Counted from the stretch's first letter, positions 20,801 through 35,800 are shown. The stretch: 64,000 bases of DNA from an uncultured bacterium (GCA_965372365.1 CBDVCA010000002.1:936-64935), one strand, 5' to 3'. Notes: a model not told the origin generated them from the letters alone. A program made the numbers and translations.

Positions 20801-23800
20801 TGACATCCTCGACGAGTTCATGGCCTTCCTTGTCGACGGTGACCGGGTCGCCGAGATCGTTGTACGTGATGTAGACGATGCCGGCGCCGAGGACTTCGAC
20901 GCCGCCTTCGGTGGCGCGGATCGGGACGCCGCCGTCGTCGACCACGACCTCGTCGAGGCCGTTGACTTCCAGCACGAAGCCGTAGTCGTCCACGAAGTCG
21001 CCGTTCATATCGATGGCGAAGTCGACCACGGCGCCGAGCGTGGTGGTGGCCGCGGCGGTTTGGGTTTCGTATAGCAGCTTGTCGACCCACACGCTGATGG
21101 CCTGTCCGCCGGCGAGCGTGGCGCCGGTGAGCGTCAGGTCGCGCCCGGCTTCAACGTGTCCGCTGACCCACAGCAGGCCCTCGCCGGAGACGATCGTTAC
21201 GTCGGAGTTGGGATCCATCGCCTGGATCGCCCCGAAGATGTTCACGCCGTCGCCGGCGTTGACGTTGATCGAACTGGGGGTGGGCAGCCCCTGGCTATCG
21301 GTGACGATGGCGCTGAGTTCGTTGACGGTGAACAGTTGCGCGCCGCCGCCGAGCACCTGGACGTCGACCAGGCCGGTCGCCTGGACGTACGATCCTCTGG
21401 TGATCGGGTCGCCTTCGTTGGCGGCCAGGCCGGCGGCCACGTCCAGATCGGTGGCGATATCCGGCCCGCCGAAGGTGACGGTGTCGGTTGCGACGATGCT
21501 GATCCCGGCGTTGTCGCCGCTCCAGGTCAGCGTGGACGGATCGCCGCCGTTGGCCAGGCGGCCGCGTTCGGCGCCGGCGTGGAGGGAGCCGATCATATCG
21601 AAGGTGGCGCCGCTGATCGTGATTCGGCTGTCGGCGTCTCGGGTACGGACCTCGCTGGCCGCGGCCACATGGACGCCTCCGGCGCCGGCGAGCAGCAGAA
21701 CGTACTGCGAACCGACCACGGCGGCGCCAAGTGGGAAGGTGTCGCCTTCGGTGAGGTCGCCGAAGACTTCCCCTTCGGCGAGTTCGCCGGTGGCCCCGCC
21801 GATGGTGATGCCCGGCGAGACGACCCGCACCTGTTCGCCCGGTGCGGTCAGGAAGTCGGTGGCTTCGGAGACGAACTCGAAGGTTTCCACGCCGCCGGCT
21901 TCGACCGAGCCGGTGATGGCCAAGGCGGTCGGCGAGTTAATCAGCACCGAGCCGAGGGCGTCGACGTCGCCGGTGAGGACGACCTCGGTGGCCGCGTCGA
22001 TCACGACTTCGAAGTTTTCCGGCAGCGGAGCGTTCGGGTCGGCCGGGGCCGGGGCGGCGAGTCCGGCGTTCTTGATCACGCCGTTGACGGTGATAACGTC
22101 GCCTTCCAGGACGATCCGGCCGTTGGTCTCCAGCCAGCCGCTCTCGGCGGTGACCAGTATGTCGTCGGTCTGGCTGACCACGTGGATATCGCCGTAGGTT
22201 CGGGGTTCTTCCTGCTGCAGCGAGCCGATGGGTCCGTCGACCACGACGCGTTTGTAGCCGTCCAGTTCGATGGTCTGAGGCGGGGCGGCCCCGCCGGTGG
22301 TCCCCAGCCAGGCGGTCGCCTCGAGGGTGATGCTGTCGGCGCCGGCCGCGGCGGCCAGGACATGACCGGCGGAGATGAGGATATCGCGTTCAGCGTGGAT
22401 CATGCCGCTGATGGTCAGCGTATCGTCGGCGGTGAGGATCACGTCGCCTTCGGTCCCGCCGGCGGTGAGATCGCCCTTGAGATGGCCGTTGGCGCCGAGG
22501 TCGAGGATGATGGGGCCGTCGATGGTCTCGAGGAAGCCGGACCAGTCGAGTTCGAGGCCTTCGGGGCCGCCGCTCATCTGAATCATCGCATCGCTGCGGA
22601 CCGAGCCGGCGATGTAGAGTTTGGCGTCGGGGTCGGTCGAGGTGAAGCTGACGACCGAGCCGTTGGCTTCGGCGATGATATTGAACGGTCGCGACGATAC
22701 GCGCGTCTGGCCGTCGGCCACCCGGTCGAGGCCGAGGTGCTGTTCGTTGGCGCCGGTGAGGGTTTGCAGCGCCGGGGCCGGGTTGTGGGGGTTGCTGAAC
22801 GTCGGATAGATACGGAACTCGTACTGGCTGGCGAACAGCAGCTTGCCATGCTTGAACTTCACGCGGACGATCGGGTCGGCGGCGCCGCCTTCGGTAATCG
22901 GGTCGTCGGCGAAGTCGTCCGGGTCGTATGGATTGCCGTCGAGATCGAAGAAGCTGCCGCCCCGGATGGCGCCGGGGATGGCTCCGTTGAGGGCGTTCTG
23001 CACGTCTTGCACCAGGGCGGTAATCTGGTCGCCGGTGGGATTGTCGGAGGTCGAGATGGCCGGGATAGTCACCTCGCCGACGATCTTCTTCACGCCGAGG
23101 TTCACCCAGACGACGACGGTGACGTCTTCGGGGATCTCGCCCTTGTTGCTGGCCCGGTTGGCCTCGATCACCTCGTTGGGCATGTCGGTCATGCCCAGCA
23201 GATGCTCGTTTTGGGAGGAGTATTCCAGTTGGAATTGCTCGAAACTGACCAACGAGAATTTCCCGCCGCGGTACTCGGCCCAGACGTCCTGACTGCCGAT
23301 CGTCAGCAGCAGGGCGTCGTTGATGTCCTCGAGGAGATCGTCGATGCTGGTGTTGTCGTCGGTGTCGGAGGCGTAGATGGTGACGGTGTACTCGTCCACC
23401 GGCGCGGCGGCGGCCAAGTTCGCCGGCAGCATTCGCAGGTCGAGCGTGACGTCCTCGCCGAAGGTCCGCCTGGGCGGCAGAACCTCGTCGGCGGCCAACT
23501 GCTGGCCGATTGGCGGCAGGACGGCGATGGCGATGTTGCCTGGCGTGACGTTGGTGAGGCCGAGTTCGGCGGCGGCGATTGAGCTATTGCCGTCGATGAA
23601 GAAGGGCGCGTCGCCGGTTAGAACCAGGTCGTACTGCTGTGTGGTCTCATTGAGTCGCAACTGGGCGACGATGTATTGCCCGGCGTACGTGCCGATCGGA
23701 TCGACGTGGCCGGCCTGATAGATCGGCGTAGCCGCCAGCGCCGTCTGAATATCCAGCAGCAGGTCGGTTGCGGAAGTGTTGTCGGCGGTGTCGGTTTGAC

Positions 23801-26800
23801 GCACGAGGACCTGTGCGGTCAGGAACACGCCTGGGCCGGTGTTGATGACCAGTAAGAGCGTGGCGTCGGCGGCGGTTACGCCGTCGCCGGGCAGGGCGGC
23901 GGGGGCGTCGATCTCGTAGTCCGGGACGGTCGCCGAAGAGTTGAGTACGCCTTGAGCGAAGCCCAACTGATCCAATTCGTCGGTAGGCCCGCTGGTGAGC
24001 GTGAAGTCGATGTCGCTGAGCAGGACGATCCGCCCGGTCGCATCGGCGGCGGAACCGACGCCGGAGCCGCCGGGGGTAGCTTCGAAACCGCCGACGGCGG
24101 TCGCGCGGATGTAATCGCCGAAGAACTCTCCCGGATGGCTCGGAATCGCCGTCGCCGCCAGCGCCACATTGATGTCGCGGACCAGGTCGGCGATGCTGGT
24201 GTTGGCCACCGTGTAGGGGGTCTCGCCGTTGGTGTCGACTGCGAGCACCGTTACCGAACCGACGCCGCCGTCGCCGCCGTCGAGCGACAGTTGCAGCGTG
24301 ATGTCTTCGCTGAGCACGCCGTCGATCATGCTGTCGACCGGCAGCACCCGGTACGTCTCCGGCGGACGAACCGCGGCCTCTTCGGGGGCGGCGATGATCG
24401 TAACGCCCAGCAGGTGGGCGTTGGTCGAGTCGTCGCCGATCGAGAAGGCGTGGGGGCTGGACAGCACGATTGCGCCGGCGTCGACGTAGGCGGTAATTTC
24501 GCGGAACCCGCCGCGGATCAACGCCGCCGTCACATCCTCAGCCAGGGCGGCAAGCGAGTCGGCCTCGGTGGCCCCGGTATTGTCGATCGTATCGGCCCGG
24601 AAAATCGTGATCGACCCTTCGACCACGGTGAAAACGTCGCGATCGATCTCCAGGGGCAGATCGGGCGAGAGGCGGATCGGGTCGTCGTTGGGATCGACCA
24701 GGGCTCGGACGATCGTGAGGGTGACGTTGTCGGGGAGGATGCCGGTGGTCCACAGATCCTCGTCGGGGGTGATGTCGAAGACGGCGTCGGGACGGACGGA
24801 GGCCGCGTCGGCCCCGTCGTAGACGCCGGTCAGACCCAGCAGGTCGGCCGCGGCGGACGTGGCGTAGACGTCGAAATCGACGGTCATGCTCGTGAAGGAG
24901 AGCGTCCCGCCCACGTCGGCGACCTGGATATCGAACCCGGCCGCGGCCAGGGCGGCCTCAACGTCCGCCGCTAGGTCGGCGACGGTGGTGTTGGCCGGAC
25001 CGCTTGTTCGGTCCGTGTCGGCGCGGGCGATGGTGACCGACGCTGTGGTGATAACGTCGTCGCTGTCGACCGCTTCGATGTCGAGCGTGACGTCCTGGGC
25101 GAGGACGCCGGTGGTCGGCGCGTCGCGTTCGCCGATCAGTTCGAATACCGAAGGCGCCCGGAGAGCGTTGACGCTTGCCCCGCCGTCGAGGGTCGTCAGG
25201 CCCAGCAGGTTCGCGTTGACCGAAACGGCGCCGTCGAGGGTGTAGTTCCATCCGCTGACGAATTGGATTCGATTGCCGTCCAAATGCGCCCGGATGCCGG
25301 GGAATCCGGCGAGGGTCAACGCGGCGTTCACATCGACGATAAGATCGGCCGGCGTTGTGTTGGTGGGGTCGACGGCGATCGTCACCGGGGCGGTTTCGAT
25401 CATGCCGTTGCGGTTGACCATGACGTCCAGCGTGACCGGATCGGTCAATACGGCGGCGGGGATATCGGCCTCGCCGGTGATGTAGGCGTCGTAGAAGATC
25501 TCCGTCGCCGGCAGTTCGTCGCCGCTGGTGAGGCCGACGAGTTCGAGATCCCCCGAGGCGACCTTGAGCTTGAATTCGTGCGCGCCGGTCAGCAGGATCT
25601 TGCCGTCCCGCAGCGATGCGGTGATGTAGTCGGCGAAGTCGCGGCCGCCTTCGTAGCGAGGAATGGCTGTCGCCGCCAGTTGGGCGTTGATGTCGTCAAC
25701 GAGATCGGCCAGACTCGTGTTCAGCGTCGTGTCGCCGACCGGTACGATGACCGCCCCGAGCAGTTCGTCGTCGATGTCGGTTTCTTCGATGCGGAGGATC
25801 AGCACCAGATCGCGAATCAACTGCCCCGTCGTCGGTACGGGCGCGTCGGGGGTAAGCACGGCCGGGTCGCGATGCTCGACGGTGTCCCAGTCGCCGCGAA
25901 GGCCCAGCAGGTTGACGTTCTCGGAGGTGTCGGCGATCTCGAAGTCGTACCCGAGCGTGCTGAACACGATCTTGCCGTCCACCTCGGCGGCCTCGATTGC
26001 GGCGAAGGCGCTTGTCGCGAGTTGGGCGTTGATGGTTGCGATGAGTTGGGCCTGGCTGGTGTGCAGGGCGGTCAACGCGGCCGGGATGATTACCGAGCCG
26101 GTGATCTCGCCGCCGAGGCCGTCGTCGATGCTGAGAACGAGCGTGACGTCTCGCACCAGTCGGCCGGTGGTCGGCAGGGCGACATCGCCGTGGATTTCGG
26201 CCTCGGGGTAGACGATCCGCGCCGTCAGCACGCTGGTGAGGCCCAGCAGGTCGAGGTTGACCGACGACATCAGCAGGTCGCCGGAGATCGGCAGGACGCT
26301 GAAGTCGTACGGCGCGTGGAGGATCAGCGATCGGCCGGTCCAGGTGGCGTCCATGTCGCTGAAGTACGTGCTGTCTTCCAACTCGTCGTCGAGCGTGACG
26401 ATGACCAGTGCGTCGTTGCCGTAGTCGCCGGCGTCGAGGGTTACGATCTCGGTGAAGTACCCCCCCGACCCGTCGCGCCGCTGTAGAAGGATGTCCACGT
26501 CGGCCGGCAGTACGCCGAGCAGCTTGAATTGGCCTTCGCCCACGAGGTAGGCTCGCGGGCCCTTGGCCCATTCGTTCGGTTCGATCTCGTGGAAGTGGGT
26601 CGGCGAGAGCACCTTGATGTCGTTGACGCCCTCGATTTCGATGTTGCTGAATTCGCCCCACGTTTGCACAAGGGCCGACCCGTAGATCAGCACGCTGGCG
26701 CCGGTGAAGTTGAACGGGTCGAGCGGATCGCCGACCAGAGGATCGGCGCCGCCTTCGATGTGAATCAGATCGCTGGCCTTGATCGTGGTGCCGATTCTCA

Positions 26801-29800
26801 CCTGGTGCTCGGCGATGATGATGATCTCGGTTCCGGTGGCGTCGAGGAACGGTTGGAGCTCCGAGCCGATGAACCCGCCGGTGGCGCCGTCGCGGACGGT
26901 GGTGATCTCGCCGCCGGCGATGAGGTGGCCTTCGATCTCGGCGTCGAATTTGGAGTCGATTTCGATAACGCTATCGTTCTCGTGCGTGGTGATCTCGCTG
27001 GAGCCCTGGATACGGACGCCGATCTCCCCGCCGGTATAGGGGTGTTCGGTGGTGTCCAAGTTCATGAGGGTGATCCGGTCGCTGGCGGCGATGTAGCCGC
27101 CGGTGGGGACCACGCTGCCGAACAGCGAACTGCCGGCGACGACTTCGTACCACGACGAATCGCGGCTCGACGCTACCGTCGCCGGGGAAGCGACGGTGGT
27201 GAACCCGAACAGATCGGCGTTGACCGAGCCGGCGTCGATTTCGAAGTCGTTGAGGCTGGTGAACTGCAGCCGTCCGCCGTCTTGGCCGGCGACGATGTTG
27301 TCGAGGTCGGCTGCGGCGAGGGCGTCGTTGAGGATGTCGACGAGTTGGGCGAGCGTCGTAATCCCGGCGGTGTCGGCCGGTGTGAGGGTGACCCCGGGGT
27401 CGTTGCCGGCGTCGCCGTCGTTAATGATCAGCGTGACCGACAGACCGGGGGTCAGCGACGCCGGGGCTTGGTCGGCGGTGACGGCCGCGTCGGCCCAGGC
27501 GAGGTTGGCTTGGTGGTCGCCGGCGAGCATGCCGAGCAGATCCATGCGGGTGCTGGTCGACTCGATCGTGAACGGTGCGCTGCTGGCGAATACGAGGCGG
27601 TTGTTGCGGATCTGGACCCGCAGGGCGTCGCCGAACTGGGCGGCCAGGGCGTCGGCGATCTGCGTACGCAACTCGTACAGGCGGGTGTTGCCCGCCGTGT
27701 CGGCGGCGTCGAGGGTCGTCGAGGCGGCCATGGGGGTTCCGCTCGGGTCGAGGGTGATGTCGAGTACGACGGTGTCGGCCAAGACAACTTCGGTCGCCTG
27801 GTTGACGGCCCAGCCGCCGATATAGACCTGGCCGGACGATTCGATGGACACTTCGCCGCCGACGGAGGCGTCCCAGTCGATCGTTTCCTTGATGAGGTTG
27901 CCTTCGCCGTCCCACAGTTGGCTCTTGGTGGCGCCGGCGTAGAGGTAGCCCATCATCTCGACGCCGCTTTCGCCGAAGATGCGAATCACGCCGGGGCTGC
28001 CGTCGGAGGTCCGCCCGGCGGCGGTCATGCCGCCGGCGGTGGTGACGATCACGCTGACGCGGCGTTTCTCGGCAAGGGGCAGACCGTCGTTGTCGGGGTC
28101 GAGGCTGACGTCGTCGTCGCTGGCCGCCCCACCGATGATGGTGACCGAGTCGCTGGCGAGGACGCCGCTATCGATGTAGACCTGCTCGCCGGCGGTGATG
28201 ATGACTTCGGAATCGGTACCGGACCACGTTACGCCCATTGGGCCGATGGCTCCGCCGGCCAGCACCGTGCCGAGGATGTCGACGTCGTTGGCGCCGTCGA
28301 TATGGATATTGCTGCCGTTCTGGAACGACGTGATCACGGCGGTGGCGTCGACGAATACGCTGGAGAGAATGCCCGTCTCGACGTCGACGGTCTCGCCGCG
28401 GCCGTAGATGTCGATGCCGTCTTCGACTTCGACGAAAGAGGTAGCGAACTTCACCCGCTGCCCGCTGTCGATCAGCAGGCCCGAGTTCGCCCCTCGCACG
28501 AAGATGCTGCCCTCGATAATGATGTCATCAGGGCCTTCCAGTCGCAGCAGGCTGTTGTCGGCGTAGGAGGTCAACTGGCCGGTGAGGTGGATGCTCGCGT
28601 CGACGGCGTCCCGCTCGTTGTAGTCATGGTCGATCGCGCCGGTCAGTTCCATGATGTTGGTGGAGGTAATGGCGCCGAAGATTCGCAACTCGTGCGGCGT
28701 GTTGATGACGACGTCGGCCCGGACGCCGTCGATCGGTCGCTTGACCCCGCCGACCCAGTGGGCGCCGGCGAGAATCTCGCCGCTGATGTAGACGGCTTGG
28801 GGGGCTTCGATGTGGATCAGGCTGCCGTCGCCGTCAGCGGAGATGACGCCGGCGATCTGGACCAGTTCGAAGAACGTCCCCGGCAGAATCTCGATGGTTC
28901 CGCCGGCGCCGTGGACCCAGTTCTGGCCTTCGAGCACGACGGAATTCTTCGTGATGATCTCGATGGTTCCGCCGGAGGCGAACGTTTCCATCGTGCCGGT
29001 GACGCCCTGGATGAAGTTGTTCAGCCACTTGCTGCTGTTGACCGGCGCCACGTCGGACATCATCGCCGAGGTGTACTCCTCGCCGTCACCCTGGATGTTC
29101 ACGCGGATATCGCCGTCGGTGCGGACCCAGCCGTCGACGATCATTCGGTCGCGGATCCCGTCGAAGTCCAGCAGATCGCCCCGGATACCGGAATCGGTCC
29201 GGCCGATGGGGTTGTTGATGTTCTTGTCCTTGATCTGCAGCCGATCGGTGTTCATCTGCATCACGACGGGCGGCTCGGCGCCGGGGGCGATCGCCTCGAC
29301 TTCGCCTTCGATGAAGATCTTGGCCGCGTTGAGGACGACGTCGTCGCGGAAGGCCGAGTCGCGGTCGCGGTCGGTCTGGTCGAACTTGACGATCGCGGCG
29401 TCCATCGCATCGCCGAATCGCATCACCAGAGTCGGGTTCGCGTCGCCCTGATCGTCGCCGATGGTGATCAGCGTGAAGCCGTTGGCGATGCCCGACAGGT
29501 CTCGCGTGGAGATCAACGCCGTGCCTTGGAAGATGCTGCCGTCGTTGTCGTAGGTCTTGTTCCCTTCGGGGCCGGAGAAATTTCCGCCGACGTGCCAGGG
29601 GAAGTTGGTGAACTCGGGGTAGTCGTCGGCGATGGCCGTCCAGTCGTTGCCCAACTCATGCTCGGCGGCCGTGCCCATGACGAACGTGGTGGCGTGGGGC
29701 GCGCGTAGCACCAGTTCGCCGGTTCCGATGACGCCGCCGACGGGTCGGTCGGTGGTGAGGTCGCGTCCGGCCGCGGCCGGGACGAAATCGAAGTCGTCGG

Positions 29801-32800
29801 CCAGCAGGATGATGTCCCTGTCGGCGGTGGGCGTGATGATGCTGCCGGTGTGCAAGGTCAGTCTGGCGTCGACGCCGAGCAGTTCCACTTCGATCGCGCC
29901 GTGGGCGCTGTAGAGCCCCACGGGGTTCTGGGCGGGCGTGTCGGAGAGGTCGACGCCGTAGACGACCAGGCTGTCGGTCTCGCGGACGAGGATTTCGCTG
30001 CCGTCTGCGAGGCCCTCGGTGCGGGTCAGCACCGTCAACCCGGCGACGGTGGTGATGATGGGGTTGGAGCCGGCGTACGAGGTGTTGTAGATGTTGTCGC
30101 CGGCCAGGATCAGGTGCGATCCGGCGCCGACGAATTCCATGTCGCCGGACAGGGTGATCACGCCCTCGGCGACCAGTCGCATCGATCCGCCGCCGGCGCC
30201 GTCGGTGGTTTCGCCGGTCGAGGAGGTAATGTCCACGTTCAGGTCGATGTCGGCGGGCGTTGCGGTATTGGCGGCGTAGATGTCCAGGCGGCCGTCGTTG
30301 ATCGCGTTGATCCGCTGGTTGACGATGATGTCGCTGAGGCGGATGAGCCAATCGAGGTCATGGGCGTCGATGGTGTGGTCGATGCGGCCTTCGCCGGCGC
30401 TGGAGCCGATGGTGTCGGAGGTGATATCGAAATCGCCCCGGGCCAACACGCTGCCGTCGAGCACGACATCTTCTTCGACGGTGAAGACGAAGTCGTCGCC
30501 TTCCAGATCGGTCGAAATCGTCAGGTTGCGAGCGTCGATGATCAAGTCGGTGTCGCCCAGCACGGCTCCGCCGGCGGTGGAGATGATCTCCAGGTCTCGC
30601 ATGTGGAAGGTCGTCTCGCCGGTATCGTCGATTTCCGAATCGACGACCGGCAGCGAGATCTGCTCGACGCCGTCGGTGTACCGGATGATCTCGCGGCCGT
30701 TGACGAGTTCGTGATCGTTGATGGTGAGTTGGTCGAACGGGCCGTCGACGGCGTTCATGCCGGTGAGGTTGTTCAGGATGATCCGGTCGAAGTCGGCGTC
30801 GTTGTCGATGATGCTGATGACGCCGTCGGCCTTGCTGGAGTTCTGCAGCCCCATCTCGAACGTGTACGTCGCCGACCCGCCGGTATCTTCGAGGGTCAGC
30901 GTTCCTTCGGGCAGATCGCGGAGGCGAAGCTCGTCGTCGCCGGTTCCCAGGATGATCGTGGAGATCAGGCCGCGGCCGAGGCGGAGTTCGGTGTCGCCGG
31001 TGGCGATCTTGACGCCGGTCTTGCTGATGTCGACGACCAAGTCCTCGGTCGTGCCGCTCATATCGATGATGCTGGCGCCGGCGGAGTCGGAGTAGCGATC
31101 CTGGCCGTAGCCGGCGATGAAGACGTACGTATCGATTCCGTCGCCGCCGCTGAGGGTGTCGTCGCCGGAGCCGCCGTCGATGAGGTCGGCGCTGTCGCCG
31201 CCGGTGATGCGGTCATTGCCGGCGCCGCCGATAAGCGTGTTGGCGCCGGAGCCGCCTTGGAGCGTGTCGTCGTCGTCGCCGCCGTCGAGGCTGACGGTTC
31301 CGGTTGAGGCGCTGGCGTACAGCCGATCCTCCCCGGCTCCGCCGGTCATGGCGGCGTCGCCGGTTCCGGCGGTGAGGGTGTCCTTTCCAGCGCCGCCGTC
31401 GAATTCGACAGCCACGCCGTCGAGGCCGGAAGCGTCGAAGCTATCGTCGCCGGATCCGCCGTCAGCGATAACCTTGGTGAAATCGCCGCTGGCGGTGAGA
31501 TCATCGTCGTAATCCCAACTCCAGTCGCCGTAGGAGACCTTGATCGAATCGGCGTCGCCGGTGATGGTGAAGCTTTCGCCGCCGTCGTCGGTGTCGAGGT
31601 ACTCGCGCTGGCCGGCCCGACTGCCGGAGTGGATCACCAGCGTATCGCCTTCGACGTGGGCCAGCACCGGCTGGACCTTCGGCGCGTTGTACTCCCACTC
31701 GGCGATGGTGACGTCGACGATGGTCCAATCGACCACGCGGGACATGATCTTGCCCACGAACGGGATGGAGATGCCCACGTCGACGAAGACATAGGCCTCG
31801 ATGTAGGCGCGACCGTGAATATTGACCAGGTTGGCGAATCCGCCGGCTGCGTCGTTGCCGGTGTAGTTCCACATGGTGTCGAATTCGGAGAAGTGGATCT
31901 TGCCGTCGTCGTTGACGTCTTGCAGGTCGATGCCGGTGGTGAAGCCGATCACGCCGCCGAGGCCCGCTTCGACCACCAGCGCCCAGATGGAGGCTTCGAG
32001 GCCGATTTCGGCGCCGAAGGAGAACTCGTCTTTCTCTGCGGGGTTGTCGCCGAGGCTGTAGTCGGCGATGAAGAATCCGTCCAGCGCCAGCCAGGGGTTG
32101 CCCGTTTCGATGGCCCGGCGGATGCCGTAGGTGTCGTACCCGAACCCGAGGTCGGCTTCGAGGTTGAACCCGCCGACGGCGCTGATATTGATGAGCACCG
32201 GCCCGGCGGTGATCGTCGCGATGACCTGGCTGAACCGCATGTCGTAGGTCAGCAGGGGCATTTCGTAGGTGAACAGGGTGGCGTCGCCGCCGGTGAGCAG
32301 CTTCATCCAGTTGCCGATGTCGGTGAGGTGGTCGAGGATCTCGAATCCGCCTCGTGCGGTGGACGAGCCGCCGCCGGAGACGCCGGAACCGCTGGAGGCG
32401 CCGGTGGAGTCTTCGGAGACGCCTGCGAGGAAGTCATCGAGGAACCCCGGCGCGTCGCCGTCGCCCCGGTTGGCCGAGGGCGAGTCGGTTCCCAGCCCGA
32501 GGATGTCGCCGAGCATGATTTCGCCGTCGGCGCTGAGCATCTGGTCGACCTGCTGGACGAGATCGAGCATGCTTTGTGCGGCGTAGAAGAACTGCGGGGG
32601 AATCTGCGAGTACCCGGCCAGTTCGGCGACGAAGTTGATCAGCCCGAGCAGGTTCGGGTCGTCCAGCATGATGTCGAGGCCCGGGATCGGCTCCAGCAGC
32701 ACGTCGATGATTGGCTCGATGGGCTCGAGGACGCCGCGGATGTTTTCGGCGATCGGCTTGAGTACGTCGCTGACGAAGGAGCCGACGTCGAGGCGCAGGT

Positions 32801-35800
32801 CATAGAGGCCGATTTCCGGTTCGGAGGCGCCGTTGGCCAGGTCCCAGCTCCAATCGAGGACGAAGTTGGCCTTGAGTTCGGGCAGGCCGTCGAAGCCGTC
32901 CAGCGACAGTGCGAACTCGAGGTTCATGGCCGCGTCGACGCCGAAGTTGACGCCGAACAGTTCGTCGATCGGCGACGAGAGCAGGTGGTTGAGCGTCATC
33001 CGGCTGGTCGCGGGGTCGCCCTTGATGTCGATATCGAGGAAGCCGAACAGTCCGCTGGGCTGGAAGCCCGTGACGCCGGCCTCGCGGTCGACGTCGGTCG
33101 CTTCGAGCTTGAGGAACAGCAGTTTGCCTTCGGCGTAGAAGGGCGTGACCTGGACGTTGTCCAGGGGCTTGCCGTCGAGGAACACGCCGATGCCGATTTC
33201 GAGTTCGGGGTCGGGGTCGAGTTCGGGGTGCTCTGCGTCTGCTTTGTCGTTGGTGCTCAGGTAGAAGCCGTTCAGGAGGCTCAGGCCCATGCCGAAGTCG
33301 AAGCTCCAGTCCATTTGCACGGCGAACCCGCCGTCGACGTTGAGCGCGAATCCCGGCACGTCGATGTCCAGCGGGATATCGACGCCGGTGCCGAACGCCA
33401 CGCCCCCCAGAGGCAGGTTGAATTGGATCGCGTCGGTGTCTCTGACGATCTGGGAGCCGCCGGGGGGGACGACGCTTTCGCCCGGCAGGTAGACGCCGTC
33501 GGAGTCGTAGACGAAGCCGTTCTCGGGCACCGGTTCGCCGACGACCCAGTCCTTGATTGCCACGCCGGCGGCGTCGTACCAGCCGACCAGAATGTCGCTG
33601 ACCTCGACGGTTCCGTTGCCGTCGCCGTCGAGGATGATGTTCAGCCCGGTGGGTCCGAACACGTCCCACATGCTGTCGCGGAGGAACTCGATGGCCTTGC
33701 CCGGCCCGTTGAGTTTGGCTCGCAGGTCGGCGAGGAGCCCGAGGCGCATGTCGCTGATGAAGGCCGCGGCGCTGCCGAGTTTGTCGCCGATCATCGGGAT
33801 ATCCTGGGCGAAACTGGAGCCGAGGACGTCTTCGACGCCGCCGAGGGCCATGTCGATGCCGTCGAGGATATAGGTGGGATCGTTGAGGATGCCCAGCAGG
33901 CCGAAATCGCCGCCGAGGGAGCCGACGATGTTGGGGAACGCGAACGTCACCGGCGAGGCGCCGACCCAGTCGTCGGAGTTGGTGATGTACTCGAACATCT
34001 TCAGCAGCGCCTGGTCGCCGTAGGCGGCCGAGTTGGTCTGGATTTCCAACGTACCGATGGTGATGCCGAAGATCTCGATCGGCAGATTCACGTCGAAGTT
34101 GCCCTTCAGGTCGAAGGTGAGGCTGTCCTTGATGAGTTCTTCGCCGCCGAAGTGGAACTTCTCGTCGTTGGGTACGCTTGCACTGGGCTGCTGGTCGACC
34201 GCCAGGGTGAAGGTGATCGCGTCGTCGGTCAGCGGGTTCTGGTCGCCGTCGAGCAGGACGCTTCCGCCCTTGATGCCGATATCGAACGGCTGGATGGACA
34301 GTTCGAGGTCTTCGGCGGCGATGGACGCCCCCAGTTGCAGGCGCGTGCCGATGTCGTCGGTTAGCAGCAAGGGCGTTCCGCCGTCGTCGTAGTCCCACAG
34401 GAAGAAGTCCAGACCGCTGAGGCCTTCGGTGTCGACGTCGCTGAAGTCGATGCCCAGTTCAATGGTGACGTTGGCGAAGGCTTTGAGCGTGAGCATGCCG
34501 CCGGCGTCGACGAAATCACTGAGCCCCTGCAGCGCCGCGGCGGCCGAGTTTCCGGTCATTTCCTTGAACGTCGCCAAGTCCAGCGAGAAGACGAACTGCT
34601 CTTCGAACAGCATCTCCCACTCGATGTGCATGTTGAGCGTTTCGCCGTCGAGGTAGATCGAGAAGATCTGATCGCGCCACGGCGTCGGGTCGGGGTAGTC
34701 GTCCTCGTGGTAGGTTCTGCTGAACCCGCCGACGCCGTCGGTCCAGTTGTCGTCGTCGATGCCGAGAGCGTTCTCGATAAGCAGTTCAACTTCCTGAATC
34801 ACGCCGGCGGGATTCTCGGCGGCCTCTTCGACCTTTTCGGCGAGGTCGTCGACGAAGTCCATCACGTCGGCCAGCGAGCGGTTCACCAGCGGAATGGTGG
34901 TGTTGTAGAAGGGTGTATCGCCCAAGGCGCTGTCGAGGAACCCCAGGCCGGCGCGGATGGCTTCGATGATGCTGGCGAAGTCCATGTCGCCGAAGTTGAA
35001 CACGTCGTCGAAGGTCGGGATGATGACCACGACGTGGCCGAGATCCTTGATCGCGTCGAGTTCGGCGGCGGTCTTGTCGCCCTGGGTGAACACGTCGATC
35101 TCGGACCAGTCGATGAGGTTCCCGATGGTGATCGACAGTTCCTTGCTGGCCAGGGACGACGCATCGACGCCGGGGATCGGGGTCTCGAGCGCCAGTTGTT
35201 TCAGCGCCGCGGAGGCGTACCCTTCGAAGTTGAAGTTGAATGCGTCGATCAGGGCGCCGCCGACCAGTTCGGTGAAGGAGAACTCGCGGTCGTCGGTGGT
35301 TTCGAGGTCACCGTCGGCGTCCAGCAGGATCTCGGCCTTGGCGTACAGGTGCACGCCGCTGCCGGCGCCGGGGCCGCCGGCGGTGAGGCCGATGAATCCG
35401 AGCCGGGCGTAGAATTCGAGGTCTTCGACATCGAGCCACGCTTCGCCCTTGATGTGGACGTTGTCGATGAGCATCGTGAGGCCCTCGGTCCCGGTGGGGC
35501 CGTCGAGGTCCAGCACCCAGTCGAAGCCGGCCTCGACTTGCGCCAGTACGTCCACCGTCGCCGACGTGCCGAGTTCGGCGATGTCGCCGAGGTCGATCCC
35601 CAAGTCCAGCGGGATGTCCTGGAGCCCGAAGCGGTCGTAGACGAACGTCGAGATGCTCGACTGGTCGATCAGACCGAGGTCGACCAGCCCGTACAGGTCG
35701 AAACCTTCCACGCCCAGGGCGCCGATCGCGACGTTCCCCAGTTGCAGGTCGCCTTGGGCCAGCATCAGATGGGTGATCAGATCGGCCACGGCCACGCTGA

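Noticed and set aside
31100-31480. RTX repeats as evidence that the giant protein is a classical T1SS RTX toxin or adhesin
   Set aside because: The beta-roll is internal and is about 8,400 aa from the C-terminus, which carries a dockerin rather than a T1SS secretion signal. No ABC/MFP genes are in the window. Interpreted only as a Ca-binding structural module.
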